Part shown: positions 14,041 to 23,938 of the stretch, in pieces
Numbering within the stretch: the stretch's first letter is position 1
Layout: each line of letters starts with the position of its first letter
From: a virus
Taxonomy: Duplodnaviria; Heunggongvirae; Uroviricota; Caudoviricetes
Virus record (IMG/VR): IMGVR_UViG_2740892431_000022
Length of the DNA: 35,244 nt
Reading direction: 5' to 3' (one strand)
The notes under the pieces: model-generated
Seen by the model: the letters and a program-made list of their open reading frames with translations, nothing else
Told to the model about the DNA's origin: nothing
The model's database searches: none
Made by a program: the position numbers and the translations under genes

Positions 14041-14674
14041 AAAGCTGCCGTGGCGCGGCATTCTGCTGGCCATTCTTATCAATGCCTTTCTGGTCGGCCT
14101 GTATGCCATGGGATACAGAAGTGGTCATGACTCTGCAAAGCGTGACGGTGATACCGCGCTCAGTCAGTTGCAGTCAGCATTTGACGCGTACAAAACGGAG
14201 CAGGCAACGCTTGAGAATGCTGCGCTGCGGGCCTGGGCCAGACGGTATCAGGAGCAGGTGGCCGCCGGGCAGCGGGCTGAAGCCGGTTATCTTGAGCAGA
14301 TTGCTCAACTGGAGAGCCGGAACAAACAACTACAGGGGCAAATTAACGATGTCACACAGCGCTGGATTGATGAAAAAGGTAAGAGTCATCCCATTGAGTG
14401 CGTGTTTACTCGCGGTTTCGTGCGCCAGTACAACGCCGCACTCGGGTATGACAACGCATCTGTCGACACCGGTCATTCAGACTCAGTTGCCGCCACTGGC
14501 ACCCGCTCTGGCACAGCGACCGGGCAACCTGAAACCACTGACACCCGGTTACGCGATTCGGGTGTCTCCCAGCGTGACGTTCTCGCCAACATCATCGACA
14601 ACGCAGGACAATGTCGTCGCTGGCGGAACCAGATAAACGCGTTACTGGATGAACGGGAAGGATTACAGAAATGA
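14024..14674 (+). CDS. Rz-like inner-membrane spanin
   Basis: GTG at 14024 with GGAGG 8 nt upstream; N-terminal TM (ILLAILINAFLVGLYAMGY) then coiled-coil region. Confidence 0.65.
   Translation: MWHLVKKLPWRGILLAILINAFLVGLYAMGYRSGHDSAKRDGDTALSQLQSAFDAYKTEQATLENAALRAWARRYQEQVAAGQRAEAGYLEQIAQLESRNKQLQGQINDVTQRWIDEKGKSHPIECVFTRGFVRQYNAALGYDNASVDTGHSDSVAATGTRSGTATGQPETTDTRLRDSGVSQRDVLANIIDNAGQCRRWRNQINALLDEREGLQK
14370..14636 (+). CDS. Rz1-like outer-membrane lipoprotein spanin, embedded in the +1 frame of Rz
   Basis: MKKVRVIPLSACLLAVSC with lipobox-like AVSC followed by a Pro-rich sequence; lies wholly inside 14024..14674. Confidence 0.65.
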   Translation: MKKVRVIPLSACLLAVSCASTTPHSGMTTHLSTPVIQTQLPPLAPALAQRPGNLKPLTPGYAIRVSPSVTFSPTSSTTQDNVVAGGTR

Positions 14675-14997
14675 CACTGCAGGTTGAATTCTGGACGGTG
14701 GTGAGTTTTTTGCTCACCTTCATGGGGTTTGTGGGAGGGCTCGCCAAATGGTTGTTCAGTAAAACAGAAGAACGCCAGGCGGCACGATTCGCCTCTCTTG
14801 AACAGGCCCTGCAACAGTCCGCATCCAACTGGGGCGAGCTGGAAAAAGAATTTATGCGATTTAAAGCGGATTTACCGCTGAATTATGTCCGTCGCGAGGA
14901 TTATATCCGTGGCCAGACAGTCATCGAGGCCAAACTGGACGCGCTTTATAACAAACTGGAAGTGGTACAGCAGTACCGCAATACCGGAGGTCAATAA
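14671..14997 (+). CDS. Small membrane protein with coiled coil (108 aa)
   Basis: ATGA overlap with the Rz stop; one TM (FWTVVSFLLTFMGFVGGLAKWLF). Confidence 0.6.
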   Translation: MTLQVEFWTVVSFLLTFMGFVGGLAKWLFSKTEERQAARFASLEQALQQSASNWGELEKEFMRFKADLPLNYVRREDYIRGQTVIEAKLDALYNKLEVVQQYRNTGGQ

Positions 14998-15308
14998 TGG
15001 TCGATATTACCCGGGTACGCCGCGAATCCCTGCGCTGGAGTCTGCTGGTTGCCCTGAACAAAACCCGCCCTTACACCGCCAGCGAAACGTTGCTGCTGGA
15101 CGTGTCCCGCGCCATCTACCCGGACACCACGCAACTGGAGCTGCGCCGGGAGCTTGATTATCTGGCAGATCGCAAAATGGTGGAGCTGGAGAAGAGACCG
15201 TCCGGTGACTGGTTTGCCGATCTGAGTCGCCTTGGTGTGGATATTGTGGAATACACCGTGGAATGCGGCCCGGGTATTGCCCGACCGGAAAAATACTGGA
15301 GTGAGTGA
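14997..15308 (+). CDS. Hypothetical protein (103 aa), possible winged helix
   Basis: Coupled ORF between the lysis genes and the terminase genes; no family recognised. Confidence 0.55.
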   Translation: MVDITRVRRESLRWSLLVALNKTRPYTASETLLLDVSRAIYPDTTQLELRRELDYLADRKMVELEKRPSGDWFADLSRLGVDIVEYTVECGPGIARPEKYWSE

Positions 15309-15310
15309 TT

Positions 15311-15853
15311 ATGGGACGTCGCAGCAGCATTGATTCTCTGCCGACGGATGTCCGCCGCTGGCTGGAGCGGGCGCTGACGGAGAATAATTTCACCGGCTAT
15401 GCTGAACTTGAAAGTTTGTTAAAAGAGAGGGGATATGTGATAACCCGCTCCTCCCTGCAGCGGTTCGGCTACAAAATGGAGCAGCAACTGGCCCGTGTTC
15501 GTGCGGCAACTGAAGCAGCCAGGCTGATGGCTCGTGAAGCGGGGGATGATGCGGATGACCGTTCTGCGGGACTGATGACGTTGATCCAGACGGAGATGAT
15601 CGACATCCTGATGCGTCTGCAACAAGTCAGTGACGAGAATGATCCGACTGATCGGGCGAAATTGCTGGCCACCGCTTCCCGCAATATTGCGACCCTGACC
15701 CGCGCCTCTGTCAATCTCAAGCGTTTTCAGAGTGAGGTCAAGGAAAAAGCAGAACTTGCAGCGAATGCGGCCGAGAAAATTGCCCGTAAGGGCGGATTGT
15801 CAAGCGACGCAGTACAGGCACTTCGTCGCGAGATTCTGGGGATTGCCACATGA
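15311..15853 (+). CDS. Mu gp27-like protein (DUF3486-type, putative small terminase subunit)
   Basis: MGRRSSIDSLPTDVRRWLERAL... N-terminus; immediately upstream of the large terminase. Confidence 0.7.
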   Translation: MGRRSSIDSLPTDVRRWLERALTENNFTGYAELESLLKERGYVITRSSLQRFGYKMEQQLARVRAATEAARLMAREAGDDADDRSAGLMTLIQTEMIDILMRLQQVSDENDPTDRAKLLATASRNIATLTRASVNLKRFQSEVKEKAELAANAAEKIARKGGLSSDAVQALRREILGIAT

Positions 15854-17373
15854 GCCAGTTCACGCCGGTAATACCAGACACTTCCGGTTATGATGCCCCT
15901 CCCGTTCTGTTGCCCTACCAGCAGCGCTGGGTGGCAGATGCCTCTCCGCTTAAGGTGATAGAAAAGAGCCGTCGTACCGGTATTACATGGGCTGAGGCAT
16001 CCGATAACGTACTGACCGCCGCCTCTTCTGCGCCAGCAGGCGGGATGAATGTGTATTACATCGCTTATAACCAGGACATGACCGTCGAATACATTCAGGC
16101 GTGTGCGATGTGGGCACGGGCATTCAACTATGCGGCCAGTGAAATTGAAGAAGGATTCTGGGAAGAGGACGACGACGACAAACACATCAAGACTTACACC
16201 ATCAAATTTCCTGACTCCGGCTTTCGTATTGTTGCGCTCTCCAGCCGCCCGTCTAACCTGCGTGGCCGTCAGGGTATTATTGTTATCGACGAAGCGGCGT
16301 TCCATGAGCAACTGGACGAACTGCTGAAAGCGGCGCTGGCGATGCTTATCTGGGGGGGAAAGGTACGCGTTATCTCCACCCATGACGGTGACGACAATCC
16401 GTTCAATACGCTTATCGGGGATATCCGTGCCGGACGTCAGGGAGGCAGCGTACATCGCATCACTTTCCGGGAAGCCGTATCTGAGGGGCTGTTCCGGCGC
16501 GTCTGTCTGCGCACCGGGAAGGAATGGTCAGAGGCATCCGAGCAGGCCTGGATGGCGTCGGTGTACAAATTCTACGCTGCCGGCGCATCCGAAGAGCTTG
16601 ACTGTATTCCGGTCAACGGTGGCGGCGCCTGGCTGTCCCGTGCCCTGATAGAGTCCCGCATGTCCGCTGATACGCCGGTATTGCGTCTGACCTGTCAGGA
16701 AGGTTATGAACTGCTGTCTGATGAGGTTCGCTTCCACGAGACACAGGACTGGCTTGATGAGCATCTGAAACCCTTGCTGGAGGCACTCCCCGCTGATGCC
16801 CGCTCTTTCCTGGGGCGCGACTTTGGCCGTAGCGGTGATTTGTCGGTGGACTATCCCCTGCTGCAGGAGAAGAACCTGGTACGACGCGTGCCATTCGTAC
16901 TGGAGCTGCGTAACGTGCCGTTCAGACAGCAGGAGCAAATCACCTGGTATCTGATGGATGGCCTGCCCGGTCTACTGGGTGCAGCGTTTGATGCCCGTGG
17001 TAATGGTGCCTATCTGGCTGAATACGCCATGCAGCGCTACGGCTCCAGCCGGGTTCAGCAGGTGATGCCAACTGAAGGCTGGTACCGGGAGCATATGCCT
17101 CCGGTCAAAGCTGCACTGGAAGACGGTAACCTGGTGGACTTACCAAAGGATGAAGACACACTGGATGACCTGCGGGCCGTTCAGGTGGTGAACGGTGTCC
17201 CCCGCGTGCCGGAGCAACGCTCAAAAGCAAAGGCTGACGGTGGTAAACGCCACGGGGATTCAGCCATCGCACTGGCGCTGGCGTATTTCGCCAGCCGTGA
17301 AATTAACAAAGGGCCGGTGAAGGCAAGCTCACGCCGTCGTCGTCAGGCGGCCCGTATGCTGGAGGGATTCTGA
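15850..17373 (+). CDS. Terminase large subunit (Mu gp28-like)
   Basis: 507 aa; ATPase-like N-terminal region and nuclease-like C-terminal region (...IVIDEAAFH...); conserved position. Confidence 0.88.
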   Translation: MSQFTPVIPDTSGYDAPPVLLPYQQRWVADASPLKVIEKSRRTGITWAEASDNVLTAASSAPAGGMNVYYIAYNQDMTVEYIQACAMWARAFNYAASEIEEGFWEEDDDDKHIKTYTIKFPDSGFRIVALSSRPSNLRGRQGIIVIDEAAFHEQLDELLKAALAMLIWGGKVRVISTHDGDDNPFNTLIGDIRAGRQGGSVHRITFREAVSEGLFRRVCLRTGKEWSEASEQAWMASVYKFYAAGASEELDCIPVNGGGAWLSRALIESRMSADTPVLRLTCQEGYELLSDEVRFHETQDWLDEHLKPLLEALPADARSFLGRDFGRSGDLSVDYPLLQEKNLVRRVPFVLELRNVPFRQQEQITWYLMDGLPGLLGAAFDARGNGAYLAEYAMQRYGSSRVQQVMPTEGWYREHMPPVKAALEDGNLVDLPKDEDTLDDLRAVQVVNGVPRVPEQRSKAKADGGKRHGDSAIALALAYFASREINKGPVKASSRRRRQAARMLEGF

Positions 17374-18866
17374 TGGCGAGGGGTATCTGGGTTTCACCCG
17401 ATGAATTTGTTGCTTTTTCTGAGCCTCAGAAATCACTGACCGCGCAGATTGCCTCCCGCAGCCGCGCGATCGACTTTTACGGACTGGGCATGTATCTGCC
17501 CAATCCTGATCCCATTCTCAAGGCTCAGGGACGGGATATCCGTATCTACCGCGAACTGCGCACCGACCCGCTGGTCGGGGGCTGTATCCGCAGACGTAAA
17601 GCAGCGCTCAAATCGCTGGAGCGTGGACTGGAGCGTGGTCACGCCTCTGCCCGGGTCTTCCGTTTCATCCGCGACATGCTCGACGATCTGGATCTGTCCC
17701 GCATCATCGGTGAAATGAGCGATGCCGTGCTCTACGGGTATCAGCCCTGTGAAATCATGTGGGGCCGTTCGGTCAGGGCGTGGGCGGTGACGGATATTGT
17801 CGGCAAACCGCCTGAGTGGTTTCAGTTTGATACGGACAACTGCCTGCGCTTCCGGGCGCGTGATGCGGGTGTGGAGGGTGAGCTGCTGTCACCGTCAAAA
17901 TTCGTGGTGCCGGCACAGGATGCCTCGTATGACAATCCTTACGGTTTCCCTGACCTGTCCATGTGCTTCTGGCCGGTCGCCTTCAAGAAAGGCGGGATGA
18001 AATTCTGGCTCCGCTTTGCCGAAAAGTTTGGCTCCCCGTGGGTGATCGGTAAGCACCCGAGGGGCGCAAATGATGCAGAGATTGAAAAACTGCTGGACTC
18101 CATGGAGCAGATGGTGGAGGACGCGGTGGCCGCCATCCCCGATGACAGCAGTATTGAGCTCAGGGCAGCGGATGGCAAGGCAGACAGCAGCGAGGTATTT
18201 CGCGAGCTGATCACACTGTCACGCAGTGAGATCTCCATTGCATTACTCGGTCAGAATCAGACCACGGAAGCGAACAGTAACAAGGCCTCTGCACAGGCCG
18301 GGCTGGAGGTAACGGCTGATATCCGCGATGCGGATGCGGACATCATTCAGGCGGCAGTGAATCAGGTCATCAGAACGGTGGTCACCCTGAACTTCGGCGA
18401 TGTGCCGTGTCCGGTCTGGGCCATGTGGGAACAGGAGGCCATTGATGACACCCGCGCCACCCGCGACGAAAAACTCACCCGCGCGGGACTGCGCCTGACC
18501 CCGCAGTACTTCATGCGGGAGTACCAGCTGCAGGAGGGGGATATTGACCTCTCTGATGCACCGGTTGCGGACGGGGCAGTGCCTGCGGAATTTGCCGAGG
18601 CGATAAGCGCCGATCATGATGCACAACAGCAGCTTGACGACGCGCTGGACATTCTGATGAACGGAGGTGTGTTAAATGGCACGCTGGAACCCGTCCTGGC
18701 ACCTCTGTTTAAGCGGGTCGAAAATGGGGTTAACCCGTCTGAGCTGCTGGGCGAACTGGCGGAGCTCTACCCTCAGATGAACACGGACGATCTGCAGGAA
18801 CGGTTGGCCCGCATTCTCTTTGTGGCAAATATCTGGGGGCGTCTGCATGAGCGTGACAACGGCTGA
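17373..18866 (+). CDS. Portal protein (Mu gp29-like, DUF935-type)
   Basis: 497 aa following the terminase; N-terminus MARGIWVSPDEF... typical of Mu-type portals. Confidence 0.88.
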   Translation: MARGIWVSPDEFVAFSEPQKSLTAQIASRSRAIDFYGLGMYLPNPDPILKAQGRDIRIYRELRTDPLVGGCIRRRKAALKSLERGLERGHASARVFRFIRDMLDDLDLSRIIGEMSDAVLYGYQPCEIMWGRSVRAWAVTDIVGKPPEWFQFDTDNCLRFRARDAGVEGELLSPSKFVVPAQDASYDNPYGFPDLSMCFWPVAFKKGGMKFWLRFAEKFGSPWVIGKHPRGANDAEIEKLLDSMEQMVEDAVAAIPDDSSIELRAADGKADSSEVFRELITLSRSEISIALLGQNQTTEANSNKASAQAGLEVTADIRDADADIIQAAVNQVIRTVVTLNFGDVPCPVWAMWEQEAIDDTRATRDEKLTRAGLRLTPQYFMREYQLQEGDIDLSDAPVADGAVPAEFAEAISADHDAQQQLDDALDILMNGGVLNGTLEPVLAPLFKRVENGVNPSELLGELAELYPQMNTDDLQERLARILFVANIWGRLHERDNG

Positions 18867-19668
18867 ACTGGCGTACTGCATGACGCTTCCCCCGAAGCGG
18901 GCAGTCAGTTACCTGAAGTCCAAAGGGTATCAGATTACCTGGGACTGGGAAGAAATGTGGCAGGAGGCCCATGCCCGCGCCTTTACCGTTGCTAAAGTGA
19001 CCCGCCTGGATATCCTGGAAGATATTCGCGGGGCACTGCAGCAGGCTGTCGATGAAGGAAAAACCGATCGCTGGTTCCGGCAGGAGCTGGAGCCGGTGCT
19101 GAAGCGTAAGGGATGGTGGGGACCACGTGACACGACTGACCCGGTAACGGGTAAGCCGGTCACCATTCAGCAGGGCAGTCCGTGGCGGCTCGATACCATC
19201 TTTCGCACCAATATGTCCGTACTCTACAGCGCCGGTCGTTGGGCGGAACAGATGGAAAACGTCGACGACAGGCCGTACTGGATGTATACCGGCATCAACG
19301 ACAGCCATACCCGCAGGAGCCATCTGGCGCTGCATGGTCTGGTGCTGCGCTGGGATGACCCGTTCTGGCAGGCATTTTACCCGCCGAACGGCTGGCGCTG
19401 CCGCTGTAGTGTGATTGCCCTGAGTGCGGCGGATGTACGTGCCCGTGGCCTGAAGGTTATCAGCTCCGGCTCTGCCATGGGCCAGGAACTGAAACTGGTC
19501 TCAGAGAAAACCGGCGAAATGCGGAACGTGGCCACCTTTAATACCGGCACCACGAAGGTGACCACCGACGTCGGCTGGTCTTATGCACCGGGGGCAGCAT
19601 ACCGTCCCGACCTGGCCCGCTATCAGGGTACGCTTCAGCCACTGGCACAACAGGAACTGAGAGGATAA
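18847..19668 (+). CDS. Head morphogenesis protein (Mu F-like)
   Basis: Start at the ATG at 18847 (MSVTTAEL...), overlapping the portal stop; Mu F/SPP1 gp7-like order and length. Confidence 0.8.
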   Translation: MSVTTAELAYCMTLPPKRAVSYLKSKGYQITWDWEEMWQEAHARAFTVAKVTRLDILEDIRGALQQAVDEGKTDRWFRQELEPVLKRKGWWGPRDTTDPVTGKPVTIQQGSPWRLDTIFRTNMSVLYSAGRWAEQMENVDDRPYWMYTGINDSHTRRSHLALHGLVLRWDDPFWQAFYPPNGWRCRCSVIALSAADVRARGLKVISSGSAMGQELKLVSEKTGEMRNVATFNTGTTKVTTDVGWSYAPGAAYRPDLARYQGTLQPLAQQELRG

Positions 19669-19670
19669 CA

Positions 19671-20129
19671 ATGGCTTCCGATAACCTGGTCAGTATCACC
19701 ATTAACGATAAATCCCTGCGCCGGAGCCTCCGTGCGCTGGATCTTGCTGCCACAGACCTGGAGCCCGCGATGCGCAAAATCGCCGGAACCCTGCTGGCGG
19801 AAACACAGTTTAACTTTCTTGATGAGGGGCGTCCGGGGTGGATCCCCTCGCTGGCAGCGGAAGAACGTGACGGGCAGACACTGCAGGATACCGGGCGTCT
19901 GATGGGGTCAGTATCAACCGACCATGACGACCGGCAGGCTGTTGTGGGGACCAACGTTGTTTACGGTGCCATTCACCAGTTCGGGGGTAAAACGGGGCGT
20001 AATGAGTCTGTTGAACTTCCGGCCCGCCCGTTCCTGCCGGTGACGGGGGATGGAGAACTACAGCCTGAAGTGGTAATCCCCATCCTCGATACCATTGTCC
20101 GCCATCTTGAATCAGCGGCCCGTCGCTGA
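19671..20129 (+). CDS. Virion morphogenesis protein (Mu G-like)
   Basis: 152 aa directly after the F-like gene. Confidence 0.75.
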   Translation: MASDNLVSITINDKSLRRSLRALDLAATDLEPAMRKIAGTLLAETQFNFLDEGRPGWIPSLAAEERDGQTLQDTGRLMGSVSTDHDDRQAVVGTNVVYGAIHQFGGKTGRNESVELPARPFLPVTGDGELQPEVVIPILDTIVRHLESAARR

Positions 20130-20175
20130 GTTTTCTCTCTTCAGGCGGGTGATTTATCATTGCCAGCGAATGAGG

Positions 20176-20216
20176 GGCTGTATTACCTTTATAAAGGCTT
20201 TACAGCCTCTGTTTTA
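20176..20216 (+). terminator. Putative terminator or structured element after the G-like gene
   Basis: GGCTGTA (20176-20182) pairs with TACAGCC (20201-20207), followed by TCTGTTTTAT; the loop contains the palindrome CCTTTATAAAGG. Confidence 0.4.
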
Positions 20217-20270
20217 TAACCGCCTCCGGTTCACCGCATTGCTTTCCCTGTCCTTCTCCCCTGATGTTTT

Positions 20271-20319
20271 CTAAAGCAGATTAAAATCGCCGGGCCTGCA
20301 TTTCTCACAAACTGTCTCC
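20271..20319 (+). promoter_or_regulatory. Putative late promoter for the head protease/scaffold operon
   Basis: CTAAA (20271-20275), TTAAAATC (20281-20288), CTGTCTCC (20312-20319), with the same 31-bp box spacing as at 12889/12920. Confidence 0.4.
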
Positions 20320-20343
20320 GACAACATAACGCGGGACAGCAAA

Positions 20344-21459
20344 ATGTCAGCCATTCACATTTTTAAAGCCGGTACTCATACCGATATGCACGGCAAAAAA
20401 CTGCCGTTCACGCCAGACGATCTTGCCGCCTGCGTGAAAGCCTATGACCCGTCCGTCCATGAAGCACCACTCGTGATTGGTCATCCCAGAACGGAAGACC
20501 CGGCGTGGGGCTGGGTGAAAGCCCTGTCGCTCAGCGGCGTCGATCTGATGGCAGAGCCTGCCCAGCTGGACCCGCAGTTTGCTGAGATGGTCACCGACGG
20601 ACGATTCAAAAAAGTGTCCGCCTCTTTCTACCTCCCGGATTCACCGTCCAATCCGAAGCCCGGCGTGCTCTACCTTCGCCATGTGGGCTTTCTCGGGGCA
20701 CAGCCACCTTCCGTCAAGGGGCTGAAACAGGTGTCCTTCAGTGAGCAGGAAGAAGGTGTGGTGGAGTTCGCCGACTGGCAGGCCATCACGAATGCCTCCC
20801 TGTGGGGAAAGCTGCGCGATTTTCTGATCGCCCGCTTCAGTCTGGACGAGGCAGAAAAAGTCCTGCCGGAATGGCAGCTCAACAGTCTGCGCGAAGAGGC
20901 GTACCGCGACACACTGTCGCAGGATGCAGCAGGTGCACAATTCAGTGAGACAGGCCCGGGGCCGTCTTCCGCAAGTAACGAGGAATCATCGATGACAAAA
21001 GAAGAGATTGAAGCCCTTCAGGAGGAGAACCGCCGCCTGAAGCAGCAGGCTGCTGATCGCGATGCGCGTGATGCACAGGTCAGACAGGAGCAACTGCATA
21101 AGGACAATGTGGCCTTTGCAGAAAAACTGGTCGCAGAGGGCCGTCTGGCTCCCCGCGCCTCCTCCGTGGTGGTTGCCCTGCTGGATGCCGTCGCCGGTGG
21201 CGACAAGCCGGTGGAGTTTGCTGAGGGGGAAAGCCGCACACCGCTGGCCACCGCCTTTCGTTCATTGCTCTCCGACGGGGAGCCGGTGATGAATTTCGCC
21301 GAACAGGCCACAAAAGAGCGTGTCGGCGACACGGTGAAGGTGGATGTGGCAGAGTTTGCGGAAGCCGATCCTGAGCGTCTGGCCCTGCATCAGAAAGCAG
21401 TGGCCCTGTCCAAAAAAGAAGGCATCAGCTATGAGGCTGCTGTCGCACGCTGCCTGTAA
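20344..21459 (+). CDS. Head maturation protease/scaffold (Mu I-like)
   Basis: 371 aa; N-terminal protease-like domain and C-terminal coiled-coil/acidic scaffold-like region; directly upstream of the major head gene. Confidence 0.82.
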   Translation: MSAIHIFKAGTHTDMHGKKLPFTPDDLAACVKAYDPSVHEAPLVIGHPRTEDPAWGWVKALSLSGVDLMAEPAQLDPQFAEMVTDGRFKKVSASFYLPDSPSNPKPGVLYLRHVGFLGAQPPSVKGLKQVSFSEQEEGVVEFADWQAITNASLWGKLRDFLIARFSLDEAEKVLPEWQLNSLREEAYRDTLSQDAAGAQFSETGPGPSSASNEESSMTKEEIEALQEENRRLKQQAADRDARDAQVRQEQLHKDNVAFAEKLVAEGRLAPRASSVVVALLDAVAGGDKPVEFAEGESRTPLATAFRSLLSDGEPVMNFAEQATKERVGDTVKVDVAEFAEADPERLALHQKAVALSKKEGISYEAAVARCL

Positions 21460-21473
21460 TTTAAGGAGAGAGC

Positions 21474-22427
21474 ATGTCTGATTACTTAAAAGGTAAACGT
21501 GTCGTTGATCCGGTACTGACCAGTATCGCCCGTGGCTATAAAAATGCCGCATTCATCGGCGAACGTATTTTCCCCGTCGTGCTGACGGACAAGGAAGGCG
21601 TGCGTGTACCGACCTTCGGGAAAACCGCCTTTGTGGAATATGACACCGAGCGTGCCGTCGGGGCGGACAGCAATGTTCTGGTCCGTGAAAAAACAGGCAC
21701 GCTGGACCTGGTGCTGGGTGAACACGATCTGGCTGCGCCGGTGGACTATCGCGAGCAGGCGGAGTCCATGTTTAACGAAGAGAGCAAGGCCATCCGTCGC
21801 GCCACGAATGGCGTGAACCTGCGCCGTGAACTTATCGCTGCCCGTCTGGCTCAGGATGAAAAGGTCTACCGTACCGGGCACGTCAAAAAACTGACAGCCA
21901 GTGATCGCTGGGCCGGTGGTAAGGGGGACCCCATCGGGGTGATTGAAGCCGGTATGGAAGCGGTCCGTACGGCCACGGGGCTGCGTCCTAACCTGATGAC
22001 CATGGGGGCCGGCGTGATGGCGCTGCTGAAGTTCCACCCGGCGATTCAGGCCGCCATCGGAGCCAACGAACGCAAGCGCATCACCACAGAAATCCTGCAG
22101 GACCTCTTTCAGATCGAAGAGATCGTCATCGGTGCCCCAGTCTCCCTGCCGTCCATGAAAGCGGCAATGGATAAGAACAGCGTGCCGGCGGATATCTGGG
22201 GAGACAATCTGATGCTGCACTATGTCGGCAAACCGCAGCCGGGGGCGGACAGCGCGGACGAGAACGAGCCGTCCTTCGGCTACACCCTGCGTCGTAAGGG
22301 GATGCCTGTTGCCGACAAATACGACGGAGCCGGTGGCAAGGTGAAGTACTGCCGTTATACCGATATCTACAAAGTCGCCGTGGTTGGTGGCGATGCCGGG
22401 TATCTCATTACCGGTATCAGTAAATAA
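21474..22427 (+). CDS. Major head subunit (Mu T-like)
   Basis: 317 aa; N-terminus MSDYLKGKRVVDPVLTSIARGYKNAAFIGERIFPVV typical of Mu-type major capsid proteins. Confidence 0.88.
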   Translation: MSDYLKGKRVVDPVLTSIARGYKNAAFIGERIFPVVLTDKEGVRVPTFGKTAFVEYDTERAVGADSNVLVREKTGTLDLVLGEHDLAAPVDYREQAESMFNEESKAIRRATNGVNLRRELIAARLAQDEKVYRTGHVKKLTASDRWAGGKGDPIGVIEAGMEAVRTATGLRPNLMTMGAGVMALLKFHPAIQAAIGANERKRITTEILQDLFQIEEIVIGAPVSLPSMKAAMDKNSVPADIWGDNLMLHYVGKPQPGADSADENEPSFGYTLRRKGMPVADKYDGAGGKVKYCRYTDIYKVAVVGGDAGYLITGISK

Positions 22428-22436
22428 GGAGGCGTT

Positions 22437-22775
22437 ATGGGAACCACTCAGCAGGTCATTCTGATCACAACCGTAACGGCAGGGGCAGCACTGGCACAGC
22501 AGCGTTTTGTCGGGGCAGATAATACCCCCTGTAAAGCCGGTGCCGCAGCGCTCGGGGTTGCCGAAGTGGATGCTGTTACCGGCGACAGCACGCCGGTGAG
22601 CGTTCTGGGCATTATTGCTGTCGAGGCCGGGGCCGCTGTCAGCCGTGGTGTGGCTGTTCAGTCAGATGCTCAGGCCAGAGCCGTGCCGCAGTCCGGCGAC
22701 GGTAAATCCTGTGGTATTGCACTTGATGAAGCCGGGGGTGAAGGCGACGTCATTCGTATCCTGCGCGGGGTGTGA
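22437..22775 (+). CDS. Hypothetical head-associated protein (Ala/Val/Gly-rich, 112 aa)
   Basis: ORF directly after the capsid gene. Confidence 0.5.
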   Translation: MGTTQQVILITTVTAGAALAQQRFVGADNTPCKAGAAALGVAEVDAVTGDSTPVSVLGIIAVEAGAAVSRGVAVQSDAQARAVPQSGDGKSCGIALDEAGGEGDVIRILRGV

Positions 22776-22776
22776 C

Positions 22777-23223
22777 ATGTACTGCACCCTGGAGGATTTG
22801 CTTGCGCAGGTGCCGGAGCGGACGCTTATCGAGCTCACCAGTGAAGAGATGGACTTCGACTCACCTGCAACAGTGAATACCCGTGTGGTGGACAGCTGTA
22901 TCCGCTATGCCGACGAGCTGATTGATGCCCATCTGCGCGGACGCTATATCCTGCCACTGGCAGAGATACCGACTGTTCTGCGGGACATTGCCATCACGCT
23001 GGTCCGTTACCGGCTCTACGCCCGCCGCCCGGAAGGTGACCTCCCGGATACGGTGAAGGATGACCACAAAGAAGCGCTGCGGCAACTCAGGGAGTTACGT
23101 GATAACAGGCTCACGCTGGGGCTGCCGTCCACTCAGAAAGATGTGCCTGAGCCTGGCGAGTTTCGTGTACGCAGTCGCCCGGCTACTTTCGGCGGTCGTG
23201 ACGGTTTACTGGAGAAATACTGA
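22777..23223 (+). CDS. Mu gp36-like protein (DUF1320-type)
   Basis: Start at the ATG at 22777 (MYCTLEDLLAQVPERTLIEL...), just after the upstream stop. Confidence 0.7.
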   Translation: MYCTLEDLLAQVPERTLIELTSEEMDFDSPATVNTRVVDSCIRYADELIDAHLRGRYILPLAEIPTVLRDIAITLVRYRLYARRPEGDLPDTVKDDHKEALRQLRELRDNRLTLGLPSTQKDVPEPGEFRVRSRPATFGGRDGLLEKY

Positions 23224-23687
23224 TGAACGTTCTGCCCGTCCTTGATGCGGTACTGGCCCGGTTACGCGAGAAGCTGCCGCAACTGCAGGTGGAGTACTTC
23301 CCGGAGAAACCGGCTGAATATCGCCTGAACCATCCGGTTGGCGCGTTGCTGTTGAGCTATGCCGGTTCGCGCTTTGACAGGCCGGATGATACCGGTGCAG
23401 TGATCCAGTCTCAGACTATCCAGCTCTGCGTCACGGTGGTCTTCCGCCAGCTCAACGGTAAAAAAGGGGCGATTAATGTCCTGGATGCTGTCCGCCGCAT
23501 TCTCGGTGGCCACACCCCGCCCGGCTGCCGCCGCCGTATCTGGCTGACCCGCGAGGTGTTTATCGGTGAAGTCAGGGGGCTGTGGCAGTACGCCCTCGAC
23601 TTCGCGACTGAAAGCGTCTTTATCGAAGACAGCGATTTACCGTCCGGCCCGCTGTTAACCGAAGTGAACTATGAGGAAAGCGAGTGA
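23223..23687 (+). CDS. Mu gp37-like protein (DUF1834-type)
   Basis: 154 aa; coupled to the previous gene. Confidence 0.7.
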   Translation: MNVLPVLDAVLARLREKLPQLQVEYFPEKPAEYRLNHPVGALLLSYAGSRFDRPDDTGAVIQSQTIQLCVTVVFRQLNGKKGAINVLDAVRRILGGHTPPGCRRRIWLTREVFIGEVRGLWQYALDFATESVFIEDSDLPSGPLLTEVNYEESE

Positions 23688-23938
23688 TGAAAGAATACCG
23701 CTATTCCGGCCCGGCCAGCGGCGTCACGCTGTCGGACGGAACCGAAATCCTGCTCTGGCCGGGGAAGACGGTTTCCCTGCCGGAGGAGCATGACTACGTG
23801 AAGGTACTGGTGGCGCTGAAACATCTGACGCCGGTACCTGAAGAGACTAAACCCGCCGGCACACCGGCTGTGCAGTCACCAAAGCGCAGAAGCAGCAGTG
23901 ACAGCGAAGTGAAAACGGAGGACACCCATGGCAGCTAA
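23684..23938 (+). CDS. Hypothetical small protein (84 aa)
   Basis: Coupled ORF upstream of the sheath gene. Confidence 0.5.
   Translation: MMKEYRYSGPASGVTLSDGTEILLWPGKTVSLPEEHDYVKVLVALKHLTPVPEETKPAGTPAVQSPKRRSSSDSEVKTEDTHGS

Noticed and set aside
14007-14636. Full 209-aa ORF in the +1 frame of the Rz-like gene
   Set aside because: Only the C-terminal 88 codons from the ATG at 14370 look like a real gene (Rz1-type lipoprotein); the upstream part has no start context or protein-like character.
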